Notes: generated by a model not told the origin, from the sequence alone. A stretch of DNA of 64,000 bases from the human T2T-CHM13v2.0 reference genome, Homo sapiens (GCF_009914755.1 NC_060927.1), one strand, 5' to 3'; counted from the first letter of the stretch, positions 1-14,322 are shown. A program made the numbers and translations.

Positions 1-759
1 TTATCTATATGAAACTCATTATGGCCTCCACTATCAGCCTTCTCTTCTGGCTTAGAGTCACCAAATTTTTTCTCTTTCTAGAATAGTCCAGGAAGTTTTA
101 ACTGTTGGTTTCTCAGCAGTTATCTGCAGGTAAAAGAATGTCAAAAGGACAACAAGAAGGATATAAAAGTGAGTGTCAAGCCTAATATTTCGATTCTGTT
201 ATTCCGTCTTGTTTGAAATCACATTTCCCCTTGATGCTATACAAGGCCTAATGTTCACTTCATGTGCCTCTCCTAATTCCCCTGCCACCCTCAACCCAGC
301 AGGCCTCTATTTTCTACTCTAGAATATATTATTTTTTAGTTATCTTAAAGAAACTGTATTTTTGTTTGTCTTTTACACTTGTGTTATATATTCTTGTAGC
401 ATGACAATGACAAATGTAGGCAATATTCCAGATGTGGTTTCACAATTCTCTTTATATATATATTTTAAAACCTTGTGTTTATGGCTCATTTTCTCTATAT
501 TTAGATGAGATGACTTCCTTAGAAATGAGATTCATTCTTGTCCATCAACTTAAAGGATTTATGGTAGAGGTCACATTCATTTTCTTGTGTATTCTTGAAA
601 ACTTTGCATGTTGAGTAGACTGAGAATAAGATCAACAACAGATTTTGGCAAGGCCTTTGTGCTTTTACTCAATAATTTCAGAGCTTTCTAAATCAAATGA
701 TGTAATAAAAGATCAGCTTTACCCATTCTCCATCTATATTATGATATGAATGAAAAAGC

Positions 760-925
760 AAAGAATGAAGCAAGACAGACTCAGATATGAATCACAGCTT
801 TGCTACTAGCTCATTCTGTAAACTTTAACAATTTAGTTATCGTTCAGAAATTTGGGTCACTCCATGTATAAAGTAGATTTATAATAACAGCTATCTTACA
901 GGATTAATAAAAGGATTAGAAATGA
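760..925 (+). mobile_element. MIR SINE remnant
   Basis: Degenerate MIR core (aatcacagctttgctactagc...tttagttatc...ataataacagctatcttacaggatt); boundaries approximate. Confidence 0.6.
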
Positions 926-1194
926 CTATTAGATTAAAAAATAAATACAGTTTCTACATTCAGTTTTGACTGCTGAGATGAATAACACTTATTGCCCAAC
1001 CCTCAATATACTTTGTGATATGAATATCTGCCCATGCAGAATTCAACAGTCAATGCCTTAGGTAACTGGAATAATATTTATGATTTTCAGAGTTAGTTGA
1101 AAATTAGTAATTGAAATGAAATTTTATTTTTGTTACTACATTGAGTTATATCCATGTCAACAAACTCTTTTTCTTTTTAATTAAAGAAACTCAA

Positions 1195-1526
<332 letters not shown>

Positions 1527-2495
1527 TTATATTTGTCAGGGAATGTTTATTTTTTGTTAAAAAACTCAACAAGTCTTAAGATGAGAATCAAAGGAAAAAT
1601 TATTTAAATAACGTAAAACTATTCTACAGTAGTCTATCAATTTATTCTTGGTACATCTAAGGAATTAGTAGATTTACTGTCAGGAGCAGGACTGTATATC
1701 AATTTAATAGACTTTCAATTAATTTTTGTTAATTTCATGAGTGTTTACCTGCATTTCAACACCGTACATCTTATTTGGAACCATTTAGTACACATTTTCT
1801 ATCTTATATACAGATTTCCAAAACTTGCAAGTTGCCTCATCATAGTCATTGTTTGATAAATGCTTGTTTAATAAATAAATAAAATTCTTAAACTAATTTA
1901 AAAAAATAATGAGTAAATAAATGAATGACAAAAGGATATAGAATTATTCTAAGTAATGATTTTACGTGACTATGTTTATCTGGTTGCCAACAAAAATCTT
2001 AATGAAGTATGACAATATAAAATTAATTGCATAATATGTGCAAATAAAAATAAGAAAAATTCATAGAGGACATTTGGGAATTACAATTGTTACATTGCTT
2101 TATATTAACAATTTACTTGATAGACCAAAATTATAGAATTTATTATATGCCTTTGCACTTATATAGTAAAATACAGAATTATACAGAAAATATTACATTG
2201 ATATTTTATTTTGAATTGAGTTTATGTAACAGGGGAAGTAATTTTGAAGAGTTGTTTATAACTTACAAAGAAGTTATTTTTCAAATTTGTTTTTATTTTT
2301 TTCTTCTAGTTTGTGTATTGCTAAAATATTAGGTGAAATGAAGGAAATTTGATCCCTATTTTCAAAAGAGTTCTCCAAGGATGTTAGCAAGACTGGGTAC
2401 ATCTTAGAATGATGTTCTTTCTTATGGCTAAGAAACAATAGATGAGAAAGACCCACATATCGACAGCAACAACTTTTAGCCCTTATATTTCTAGA

Positions 2496-3039
2496 GTATA
2501 TTAGTTATCTCTTGCTGCACAACAAATTACCCTAAAACTTAAAACAGGAACATTACTATCTCACAGTGTCAGTGGCTCAGGATTCAGGAATGGCTTAGCT
2601 CCTGCACAGTTGCTCACAAGGTTGCAGTCCTGGTGTCAGCTGGGACTGTGGTCTCAACTGAAGGTCAGCTGGGCAAGGATCCACATCCAAACTTATTTAT
2701 ATAGCTGCTGTCAGGATACAGTCCTTTGAGGGTTGTTGCACAGACAGTTTTAATTCCTCACTGCTGTTGGCTGGAGAACATCCTCAGATTCTTACCATGT
2801 GGGCATCTCCAACGTGGCAGCTTGCTTCATCAAAGCCAGCAACAGAGTCTGCTAGTAAGACAGAAGTCACAGTGTTTTATAACCTAATCATGGAAGTGAC
2901 AGCAAATTACCTTTGCACATTCTATTGACCATAAATATGATACTAGACCCTCCCCACACTGAAGGGAAGGGATCACACAAGGACAGGAATACCAGGATGC
3001 AGGGATCATTGCAGGCCATCTTAAAAGTTTGCCTACTAC
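2496..3039 (-). mobile_element. MaLR LTR (MLT1F-like)
   Basis: Starts tatattagttatctcttgctgcacaacaaattacc and ends tgcctactaca, typical MLT1 termini in reverse orientation. Confidence 0.7.
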
Positions 3040-3619
3040 AAATAGTATTGTTTCATTATGTTTGGGGCTCTAAGGTGGTCCTAATTAGCCAGCATTACCA
3101 GGAGTGATTTCTCCCCTTCAGTCCAATTCACATCAAAGATATCAAAGATGAGTCTTAGACACTCTCTGATACTCAAGCAGTTTATTCTGGCAGTGCTCTT
3201 GTAAGATGGATAGTGGGGAGCAGGCCAGTGGCATGGGCCAGGTACAGTCGGGGGGTCAGATGATCAACTGACCAGGAGGGTCTCTGTCTGGAGACCATTC
3301 TCAGAGTTTAGGAAGTTCCTCCCACTTTCTTATACCTGTATTCAGTGTGGGTCAATTATTAGGTGTTTCTTTCATAAAGGGAGTGTAGTCTCTCCTTGTA
3401 AGGGTATGCTTTTTTTTTTTTTTTAAGGTTTATGAGAGTTGAATCTGTGCTGAGATGGCCTTGTGTATAGGGTATCCAGGGTTTTTAGGTCTCATTGTCA
3501 TAGAGACCCAGTCATCCCCAGGCCTACTTGCATCATACCCCTAAGGACACATAATGTCGGCCCTGTGAGTTGTTTGAGTAGGCCATAGGGCTGTCATTAA
3601 TCCCACAGCCACCATGTGT

Positions 3620-3852
3620 TTGTAGGCAGTGTTTCAAGCAGAGAGCAAGAGTTGTAAGGCCACTTGAGGTCTTGTCTCTGAACTTAATTCTGACACATAC
3701 AGTTGATCAAAGCAAGTCACAAAGCCAGACCATATTTAACAAGGTAGAAAAATAGATTTTACTGGTCAATGGGAACAGCAAAATTACATTGCAAAGTGGC
3801 ATACATGTAGGATAGGGAGGAATTCATGGCCATTTTTTTACAATCTACCACA
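3620..3852 (-). mobile_element. Old MaLR LTR fragment (MLT1H-J-like)
   Basis: caaagcaagtcacaaagcc...ttacattgcaaag...caatctaccaca motifs. Confidence 0.55.
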
Positions 3853-4049
3853 TAGCTGATAGATTTTTTTTAAGTGAATCATTATTTTTTCAAGCTTAAA
3901 GTGAATAACAGATTATGAATTCATTTGCTATTTTGTCTCTAAGACTATTTTTGCTTTGCACCCCCTAATGAATGATATTAATGTTTTCTTAATACTCTTA
4001 GTTAATCAGCCTTGGGTTAGGTATTAAAAGGCTTACAAAAAGGAATAAT

Positions 4050-4365
4050 GAGCTGGGCATGGTGGCTCACACCTGTAATCCCAGCACTTTGGGAGGCCGA
4101 GGCGTGCAGATCATTTGAAGTCAGGAGTTTGAGACCAGCCTGGCCAACGTGGTAAAACCCAGTCTCTACTAAAATACAAAAATTAGCCAGGCATGGTGGT
4201 GGGCACCTGTAATCCCAACTACTCAGAAGGCTGAGGCAGGAGAATCTCTAGAACCAGGGAGGCGGAGATTGTAGTGAACCGAGATAGTGCCACTGCACTC
4301 CATCCTGGGTGACAGAGCGAGAGTGAGACTCAGTCTCAAAAAAAAAAAAAAAAAAAAAAAAAAAA
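4050..4365 (+). mobile_element. AluS (Sx/Sz-like), full length
   Basis: Dimeric Alu (tcatttgaagtcaggagtttgagaccagcctggccaac) with long poly-A tail. Confidence 0.95.
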
Positions 4366-4920
4366 CCGTGGATAATGTAGCATCTCAGACTCAAGCGGGA
4401 AGCTAAGGAAAGTATAATATATAAGGTAGAAAGGAGGAAAGAAAGGACAAGATAGATAATAAGTGAAGAAAACATGCAAATAAATTGTTGTTCAAAGAAT
4501 GTAAAGATCACTGTATACTGGGAGATCAGATCGCATTAGAAAGACTGAATTAGGCATTTAGATATACTGTTAAAGATAAGGATTGTCAAGCTGTAGAAAA
4601 GGTATTTTAGATGGGAAAAGCATTAGAAGTGGTAGAATAAATGGTGTGGAGATTAAGAGGAATTTAGGACGTTTTCAAGTATTTAGAGCTTGATGACACT
4701 GGATCTTTATTATATCTAATTTCTCTTCAAAACATAAGCTTTTCCTTTTTTTTTTTTTTTTGATGTGAATGTAACTCTAGCCCTGCTTTTTGGCTATGAA
4801 TAATGGCTAGTGACTTTTTAGTTTGTTGACTTTTTAATGACAAAGTTTAAAGTGATTAAAGAAAAGAGGAAAGATGTTTTACTTTTATTGGGCAAAGAAA
4901 AGTAAAAAAGAGTATGGATC

Positions 4921-5042
4921 TGTATGTGTGTGTGTATGTATACATACGTACATGTAAATGTGTTTGTGTTTGTATGTGTGTGTGTGTGTATACATACGTA
5001 CATGTAAATGTGTTTGTGTTTGTATGTGTGTGTGTGTATGTG
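4921..5042. repeat. (TG)/(TA) compound microsatellite containing a 50-bp tandem duplication
   Basis: gtatacatacgtacatgtaaatgtgtttgtgtttgtatgtgtg... occurs at 4938 and again at 4988. Confidence 0.9.
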
Positions 5043-5392
5043 TGTATTAGTCAGCTTCACTGTCATAACAAAATATCACAGATTGGGTGGCTTAAAAGGC
5101 ACAAATTTATTTTCTCACAGTTCTGGAGGCTGGAGTTTTAGATGGGGTGCCTACATGGTCAGGTTCTGGAGAAGCTGTCTTCTGGATCGCAGAGATCCAC
5201 CTCCTTGTCCTCACATGGCAGAGAAGAGATATATCTTCCTCTTCGTATAAGATCACAGTCTTTATCAGATTAGGGTCCCGCTCTGAAAACCTCATTTAGC
5301 CTTAATTTCTTCCAAAAGACCATATGTCCAGATGCTGTCACATTGAGTTAGAGTATCAATGTATAAATTTTGGGGGGACACAATTTAGTCCT
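5043..5392 (-). mobile_element. MaLR LTR (MLT1A-like)
   Basis: tgtattagtc...aaatttattttctcacagttctggaggctgg...ggggggacacaatttagtcc; flanked by (TG)n on both sides. Confidence 0.8.
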
Positions 5393-6599
5393 CTGTGTGT
5401 GTGTGTGTGTGTAGTGGGTGAGGAAGAAAGCAAGATATTACCTGATGAAAGATTTACTCACTGTTATCCAAGTGTCTTCATGAGTAAATTTTGAATGAAA
5501 GAATAAAAATTGTAAATTCATAAAGGATATGCCTGCTAGGTTTGACTTACTGGGAGAGCTCTGTCTGAACTTAGAGCTGAGTTTAGGCTGAGAGCTAAAG
5601 CAAACTATCTCGTGGTTACCACGTGTCCAGAGAGTGGTGGAGGCACAGGGAAACAGAGAGAGGAGCAATAGGTCTCCCAGAGTAAAATCTATAAAGATGG
5701 TACAATTTCAGTTACTTTTCAGATAATATGCTGATGTGATTGCTGTTAAGACTATAAGAAAGATTTCAAAAAATCAATATGAATGCTAAAAATCAAACTG
5801 TTCAATGTGCAATTGAAGCCTAAGTGCTTTGACCAGGATGTACCTATTATGGGTTATCTTTGTAGTAGGTTCTTCCAACAGATGTTAGAACCTTTTCTAA
5901 AATCAGGTATTTGACATTTTATCACAACTTTTATTAACATCAATGTAACTTGTGTATCCACTGTTCCCTGATTATAATGGAAAAGTACCTTAATTTTATC
6001 CGGAAATAATATTTGTGTCATAAATAGGGTTTCTTCCCCAAAAGTTATTTCCGCCTTTTATAACCAGTTAATCTATCTCTGGTTAGAATCTTATAAACTT
6101 TCCTCGCAGTAAGTGACACTTTCTAACCTGTCTCGTCTTTTCCTGATCTTGTCCCTAAAATTTGGAGTCATTTTATATTTGTTCTTCAAACATCTCATCC
6201 ACTGGGGGAGAAAATTCAATTTAAATTTTGAGAACAAGAACTAGCCAATTTACCTTCGTGAGCTGTAATTTCCCTATCCGTGAAATAAAAGTAAAATACC
6301 TTTACTCCTTCATGATTGTTGTGAGAAGAAAATGAGATAAAGTAGATTCTATCTGACCATCCAGCATTTATCAGAACACCACCAGTGAAAGTGTTCACTA
6401 CCTCCAAGATAGCCCATTCCCTTGGGAACAGTTCCAATAAATCCAGGATATTTGTGAGTAAAAAAAAAAAGTGCTTCCTTATAACTCCGTACATGATCTT
6501 ACAACACTGCCTACTGGTACTCGTTCTGCAAAATTGAACTTATACAAAGTAAACCTAATCCTACTTCCACACCACACCATTACCCTTCAAATAGTTAAA

Positions 6600-6990
6600 G
6601 AACAACATGTAAACCTCATAAATCTTCTTTGTTCAGCCTAAATTGTCTAAATCTTTTCAACCATTTCCATCCGACATGATGTCTAGATACGTCATCATTC
6701 TGGCCACCTTCCTCTGGAGATCTAGAGTTTTTCTCTAAGTCTTTTCCAGAATTGAACCCAATACTCCAAATGTTTTCTAATCAATGTGAGAACACAGGGA
6801 TAGCACGTTTCCTGCTGTGCCTCGATTAATGCATCCTGAGTTTGCATTTGCTTTTTGAACAGCTGCCACGCGCTGTTGGCATAGGGAGAGCTTACTACCA
6901 GCTTATCCCCAGCGGTCTTTCTCAGAGGAGTTTCTATTAAGCCAGGCCTATTTCTATACTTGTCAATTGACTTTATTACTTTTGAGTGCA
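6600..6990 (-). mobile_element. CR1/L3 LINE remnant (reverse transcriptase C-terminal region)
   Basis: Minus-strand ORF 6722-6991 contains LIRKHLEYWVQFW, matching the CR1 motif LVRPHLEYCVQFW. Confidence 0.75.
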
Positions 6991-7009
6991 ATATTATATT
7001 TTTATAGGT

Positions 7010-7290
7010 CTACACTATATATATATGTAAATCATATATATAAATATGAACCATATATATCATATAATTCATATATAAAAATATGAATAGATATAGATAT
7101 GTTGAAAATGGTCTAGATATGTAATACCTATATAAATTTGTATAGATAGGTAAAGAATGTATATTCTAGAAATATATACTAGAATATATGATATATTCTT
7201 TACATGTCTATACAAATTCTAGTATATATAGAATATATGATATGGAATATATGGTATATGTACTTTACATCTCTATACAAACATTATGTA
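7010..7290. repeat. (TA)-rich low-complexity tract
   Basis: Degenerate TATA/TAGA repeats; repeated tagaatatatgatat. Confidence 0.8.
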
Positions 7291-8084
7291 CTTTTCATAT
7301 TCCCATTTCATAAATATTCCTATTCAATTTCATTGTGTTTCTGTAAGTAAAATTTCTCAACCTGTCCATGTCTTTTTCCATCTCAATTACATCAGCTGGT
7401 ACAATTATTGTCCTTCTCAGTAACATCTGTGATTTGTTCTGCCTTGCAATTTAGCTGTGTACTCTTATCATAAGAGCTCAGCACTCCCTGTGCAGCAATC
7501 ATTTAGTATACTCTCTAATTTTCTTCTTCATTGGTACAATTGTTTTTTCATTATTGGAATTCTGTATTTTGTAGTTGCCTATCTCTCACTCTTTATAGAA
7601 TCTCTGATCAAGAAATTGTACCCAATCCATGTGCATTTTTTAACTGCCACTCTGAAGTTTAATGTCTACAGTTATGGCCGTACTTTTTCCCTGGACTGTA
7701 AATATCTTAAAGTGAAAATGGTCAGTTTTTTCCCAGGTTTCCCCACCCCTTGCATTTCATCAGTCTTTATTCAGAACTAAATCAAAATAACAGCTCTGTT
7801 GACTTTTTGAAAGACGGACACAGCAGCGAGGCAGGCAATTATGATTTTATAGCTTCTCTCTTATTGCTTTCATGGTGGACTAAATGAATTCACAGCATGG
7901 GAAAGTGTGTTTTGTGAGGATTGATTGAAGTGTGAAGCACATGGACTTTCCATGTGGTCTAATGCAGTTCCTTGTTCACATGGAAAGCTCTGATATTCTC
8001 TTCCTGCCAAAATCTTTGTCCGTGGTTTCCTCCTCGCTTCAGCCTATCAGGAAAAAAAAGTCTGTCTTTACCATTAATAGTAGG

Positions 8085-8300
8085 CAAGAATTATTAAATG
8101 TTCATCTGCTTGGGATGAGCTTTACATGCATTATTATTTCTTTTATCATCACAAACCTATAAATCACAAGGATCACATATGTCTATTTTACAGATACGAA
8201 AGCTAAGATTTAAAGAGATTAAGTTATTTGGTCAAAGTGAACCAGCTTGTAATAGTGAAGCCAGAGTAATCTTATGTTATAGCTCATGCTTTTATTAACC
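8085..8300 (-). mobile_element. MIR SINE remnant
   Basis: ctttacatgcattatt...tattttacagatacgaaagctaagatttaaagagattaagttatttggtcaaagt, reverse MIR core. Confidence 0.7.
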
Positions 8301-8719
8301 ACAACTTCATTACAAATAACCCTTTATATTTATGAAGCCATACTTCTATAAGAATATCTTCTTCTGGCACTTGTACAACTGATAATTCTGAAACCATCTT
8401 CACCTATCTTAGGTGAATTTGGCTGTGTTCCTTGCTTTCATTCTGGCCATCTGTCAGTCTTTCTGTCTGTAGTCACTTTCCAACTCTATGACGTATAGAC
8501 TGTGTTTTAGCTGCTGATTGAGTCTCTGTGATTTGTAGGCTGAAAGTGAATTACCATTACCTAAGTGCATTGATGCACACACACAAAAAAAAAACCAACT
8601 GCCTCAGCAGAACCAACAGTAATGTGAATATTGATTATTGTCATGAAATCATTATTTAGGATAGGATTACAAATTTCCCTCATTTGTAGTGAGATTTGCA
8701 TGTTCTGTGTGGCATGTCA

Positions 8720-9430
8720 ATTTATCATCATTCCCTGTCAGCTCTGCCTTCAAATATATCCCAGGATCCAACCTCGTTTTACCACTTTGCAACAGCCTCC
8801 CTGGCCAACCCACCAACACCTCTCCTAGCCTCCCTTCTTCTACCACTCCGTGGTATGTTCTCCTAACATGGAACCCTAGAATGGAAAGATCCCTTGGAAA
8901 TGTAAACCAGATTGTGTCCCTCTCTGCTCAAAACCTGCCAATCATGATCTGTTCTGGTCAAAGTAAAAGCCTGGCCACCTACTTAGCTGCCTCTTCAATT
9001 GCATCTCCACCAACCTTTCCTTCACGCATTGCTCTGGCAACAATGGTGTCATTCTTCCTCAACTTTCTACATGCACTCCTATCTCAAGACCTTTGCACCT
9101 GGTATTCTGTCTAACTAGGAAGCTCTTAGCTCCAGTAACATCATGGCTCTGTCCCCACTCCCTCACTTCCTCCAACTTCTATGACAATGCAAATTTATCA
9201 GAGACCTTTCAGGTCCTTCATAAACTAGCAATTCTCCTTTCTTACTCTCCTTCCCTCTCACCCTGCCTTTATTCCACAGTAATTATTACCAACTAACATG
9301 TACATGTGTTTTGTTTTTCCTATTGTCTGTCTTCCCTTTCTCTTTCTAATTCACTGCTGTACCCTCAGCCCTTTAAACACTACTTGGCATGTGGTAGGCA
9401 CTATATAAATTTTAATTAATGGATATAGAA
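8720..9430 (+). mobile_element. L2 LINE 3' remnant
   Basis: ctctgccttcaaatatatcc...cctttgcacctgg...tcactgctgtaccctcagc...tggcatgtggtaggcact, typical L2 3' end motifs. Confidence 0.7.
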
Positions 9431-10434
9431 TTTACAAGTGTTTATTTATCTATTAAATGACTTTATTCTCAAAAACCTAGTGTAGGGTTGAGGAGAAGGG
9501 AGCAGGATCATAATTCTTCTTATGCATGTGCGGGGTTAATTGCTGTGATGGAATGCTGAAAAGAATGCATCAGACTCTCAGAAAAAAAAAAGCAGGCAAG
9601 TCTAATTGAATTTTAGGAGAATTACATAGATTGCAATTAAAATGATCACTATAATGTCAGTGTGGAGGAAGGATTTAGATAAGCAGTGATTGACAGCAGA
9701 TAAACCCATAAGAATTCAGGGATTCATGAGAACAAGGCAACAGAACAAGTCTCAGGTTTTTTACCAGAATGACTGAGGTTAAAACAAACAAACAAACAAA
9801 AAAACACAGGAATATTGGGATATTTGACATGTTGAGATAATGTGGAAGAATCAAGTGTTTTCAAGCCAAGAATGAAAATCTGGTCTATGTTCTTGTTTGA
9901 CGAAAATCACTATGCTCTTGATGTATTAAATAACCCTTCTTTACCCCGTTATCTATAATTCCTATGAAGACAAGGAATGAACTTAGATTATAACTGATTG
10001 GTTGTAACGTAGAGCTCTGCCTAGTGAGAAGCAAATCCAAGAGACACAATTGTCCAGTTTCTAAATGTGCATAGCCAAAGAAAAGCCAAAAGAAAATAGC
10101 AAAAAAAAAAAAAAAAAAAATGGAGTCTGTCCCAAAGCAGGCAGGAATGTCTTGCTTGCCAGAGTTGTACGTCAAGTCCAGGAGGCTTTTTTCAGCTCGT
10201 TGTTGGGTCATGGGCCCAGTGAAATAATGGGCCATTACCTGACTAAGGAGAAAAAAATAAAGGGGTAGGGAAGAGAGTTAAATTTTATTTTTAAAACAGT
10301 AAATTTGAAAGTACAATTAGTGTGAATGTTGTCTTATATTTGATGTATTGGCCTGGTAAGGGTCACTTGTTGGTTGATGGAACAAATGTTTATAGTACTG
10401 GAGATCAGTGGTTCCTTTTTCCTTTACTCTATAA

Positions 10435-10697
10435 CAGTGGTCCTCAACCCCCAGGCTGTGGGCTTCACCCACCTCCTGTCAGATCAGTGGTGACATTAGA
10501 CTCTCATAGGAGAACAAACCCTATTGTGAATGTGCATGTGAGGGACCTAGGTTGCGTGCTCCTTATGAGAATCTAATGCCTGATGATCTGAAATAGAACA
10601 GATTCATCCTGAAGCTATCCTCCCCCAACCCTTCATCTGCGGAAAAATTGTCTTCCATGAAACCAGTTGCTCATGCCAAAAAGGTTGGGGACCTCCA
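10435..10697. mobile_element. MER1-type hAT-Charlie DNA transposon (internally deleted)
   Basis: Inverted termini cagtggtcctcaacc / ggttggggacctcca and perfect 8-bp TSD CTCTATAA (10427-10434, 10698-10705). Confidence 0.85.
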
Positions 10698-11228
10698 CTC
10701 TATAAGATCTAACTGCACTTTGCAAAAGCAATAATCAAAAGAATTGAAGGATGACAGATTTCCATTACGATTATAGAAACTTTTAATTTATTTCTGTCTT
10801 TTTAAAACTTTTAAGCTTTAAGTCAAAATAATGTACACATATATCTTTAGAAAAGATATACAAACTAGAAGGGCATATAATGAAAAGCACAAGGATGCCA
10901 TGCCTTCTCTTTACTCCCCATCCAACCTCGATTCTTGTTCATCTGTGGCAATGATTTTTACCTGATTCTGTTTTTTAATTATGAATTAAACGTTACTTAT
11001 TGACTTTCTGTTATCATGGATAAAGATATAGCTTCCTTACAGCACCCACATCTCCTTTCCTCTCAATATAATTGTTGCCTTTATAACTGATGATACCTTC
11101 ATAACTTAAACATTAAGATCTGTATATCTTCTTCCCACAAATATAGTCACTATGTTTTATACTTTGGTAGTTTCTTACCTATAATCAAGATACAAAACAT
11201 ACAAACAGCATATTTTCAAATTATTATA

Positions 11229-11990
11229 CAGTCTTGTGCCACTTAAGAACAAGGATATGCTCTGAGAAATGCATTATTAGATTATTTCATTGTGGTACAA
11301 ACATCATAGAGTGCACTTAACCCAAACCTAGATGGCAGCATCTATTGTACGCTGAAGCTATATGGTATAGCCTATTCCTTCTAGGCTACAAAGCTGTAAA
11401 GCATACTGCACTGAATACCTTAGGCAATTGTAACACAATGGCAAGTATTTGTGTATCTAAACATAACATCAAAAAGGTATAGTAAAAATGCAGCATAAAA
11501 ATGTGGTATAAAAGTGCCCTACCTGTGTAGGGCACTTATCGTGAATGAAGCTTGAAGGACTAGAAGTTGCTCTGGATAAGTCAGTGAGTGAGTAAGGTGT
11601 GAATGTGAAGGCCTAGTACATTCCTGTACACTACTGTATGTAAACTTTATAAACACTGTACACTTAGACTACACTAAATGTATAAAATACAAATATTTTT
11701 TCTTCAATAATAAATTTTATTTTATAAACTTTTTAACTTTTTTAACTTCTTGACTATAATAACACTCAGAATAAAGCACGAACACATTGTACAGCTGTAT
11801 AAAAGATTATCCTTATTTATATTCTTATTCTATAAGCTTTTTCCTGTGTAAATTTTGTTTTTAATTTTTAAATTGTTTTGTTACAAACTAAAACACAAAC
11901 ATACACATGAGCTTAGGTCTACACAAGATCAGGATCACAAATATTGCTGTCTTCCACCTCCACATCTTTTGTCACACTGGAAGGTCTTTT
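11229..11990. mobile_element. Tigger3 (MER7/GOLEM) non-autonomous DNA transposon fragment
   Basis: TA + cagtc terminus followed by tctgagaaatgcattattag...aaacctagatgg...ctaggctacaaagctgta. Confidence 0.8.
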
Positions 11991-12001
11991 GGGATGTGGT
12001 A

Positions 12002-12421
12002 TGTGTAAGTTCATTCTGACATTCCTAGAAATACCTGAGACTGGATAATTTTATTTTTTTTTTAAAAAAAGAGGTTTAATTGGGTTAAAATTCGACAGGT
12101 TGTACAGGAAGCACGATGCTGACACCTGCTCAGCTTCTGGGGAAGACTCAGGAAATATATAGTAATGGTGGAAGGTGAAGGGGGAGCAGGCATGTCACAT
12201 GGCAGGAGAGGAGCAAAATAGAGAGTGGAGGGGCAGGTGCTACATACTTGTAAACGACCAGATCTCGCTATTATGAGAACAGCACCAGGGGGATAGTGCT
12301 AAACCATTCATGAGAAATCCACCCACATAACCCAATCATTTTCCATCAGGCCCGGCCTACAACACTGGGGATTATAATTCACCATGAGATCTGGATGGAG
12401 AGACAGATCCAAACCATATCA
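12002..12421 (-). mobile_element. MaLR solo LTR (MSTA/MSTB-like)
   Basis: gaaatacctgagactggataatttta...ccaaaccatatca; 5-bp TSD TGGTA (11997-12001, 12422-12426). Confidence 0.85.
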
Positions 12422-12979
12422 TGGTAGTAGATATTATGAAGAAGAGTGTGTTTGTCTCCTGCTAAGGTTCCAAAATGACAGCTATCTTCTGGATATACCT
12501 GAATTAATTAATTCTATTATTATCAATGGCTCATTTAAACAAGCTTGAAACCCCTAGTATCTTTTTTAGTTTCATAATTAATCAGTTCAATAAGGAGTAT
12601 AGTTAAATTAATTTCTGTAAAACCTTTAAAATGGTAGCTAATTCTTGGCTACTATTATCTTCATATAATAGGAAGCCATAAGTAAAAGTATACAACAAAT
12701 AGCAATTTTTTTTCTAGTTCTAAAGTACTATGCCCAAGCTCAAAGGGTTACCTACTCTTCGTAATATTTTCATAATTTTGAAACCAACACTTACTATTTG
12801 GGATAACAGTTCTGGACTTTAGTTTCCTGTACCTCTCAAAAATGAGGTATATAAGAACATATTCAAAAAATGTAAAATAAAACTTGATGGTCACAGTACA
12901 ACCAGAAATTGAGAAATCTGCCAATAAGGCAGAAGTTTTGATGTGCTTTCTTTAATAACTTCTATTACCCAAGGAATAA

Positions 12980-13109
12980 ATTGAGTAAAGCTGGAGGATC
13001 TGAATGATACAACTTAAAAAATTCTATCTGATGAATATATAGAGATTGAGTAAAGCTGGAAGATCTGAATGATACAATTTAAAAATTCTATCTTATGAAT
13101 ATATAGAAA
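12980..13109 (+). repeat. 65-bp tandem duplication (2 copies)
   Basis: attgagtaaagctggaRgatctgaatgatacaaYttaaaaaattctatctKatgaatatataga at 12980 and 13045. Confidence 0.95.
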
Positions 13110-13936
13110 CAATAATAAACTCAAATTTGCAGAATAATATTCCCTTTAAGCAGACAAAAAAATATAATTGATCATGTTCCAGGTCATAAAGAAATTTGTA
13201 ACAAATTTTAAAGGCTGAGATTTTTATAGAATACATTTCTAAACAAAATTAAGTTAGAAATAAATAATAGAACAGTAACTTTAAAAAACAGAGAATTTAA
13301 AATATTTTAAAATAACACATGAATTGTTTTCAAAGTAATTAAATAACTCACTTAAATAACTCATGGGTTATTTTAATATAATTTAGAAAATTTCTAGACC
13401 TAAATAATAGTGAAAAAAACTACATCTTAAAACTTACAGGGCACAACTAATGTGATACTTTAGAAGTAAATGTATCTAGCCTTAAAATGCTTATTTTAGA
13501 AACAAAGAAATGATGAATATTAAAGAGCTAAGAATCCAGCTTAACAATTTAGAAAAAGAGAAAGGGAATAAAAGAAAGTAGAAGGAAAGAAATGGTAAAG
13601 ATAAGATCAAAAACAGTAAATGGTGGTCAAGGGTGCACAGGCTTATGCAAACCCACCCCCAAATTCTGAGAGAGATGAGAGGCTGAAGAAAGAGGCTGGC
13701 AAGTCCAGTTTCTCAGAAAGGAATATTTAATGGAGACTTACAAGTAGAGGCCATGTCTGTGCCTTCCATGGAGACAAGACAAGATGATGGATCCTCACGA
13801 CATTACCCCCTATACCCAGGGCTTACGTACCACAGAGAAAGAGTATTTGCGATTCAGAAGAGATATGTAGGACAATTGGAGCATGATAACATTGAGGCTG
13901 TTTTGACCTAAGAGCAAGATTTACAGTAACTACCTG

Positions 13937-14238
<302 letters not shown>

Positions 14239-14322
14239 AAGTACCTGCTCTTATACAAGAAACAATAAAACTGGAAATTTTAGTGGCCTTCCCAGAATAC
14301 ACATTAATCAAAAGTCAATATG

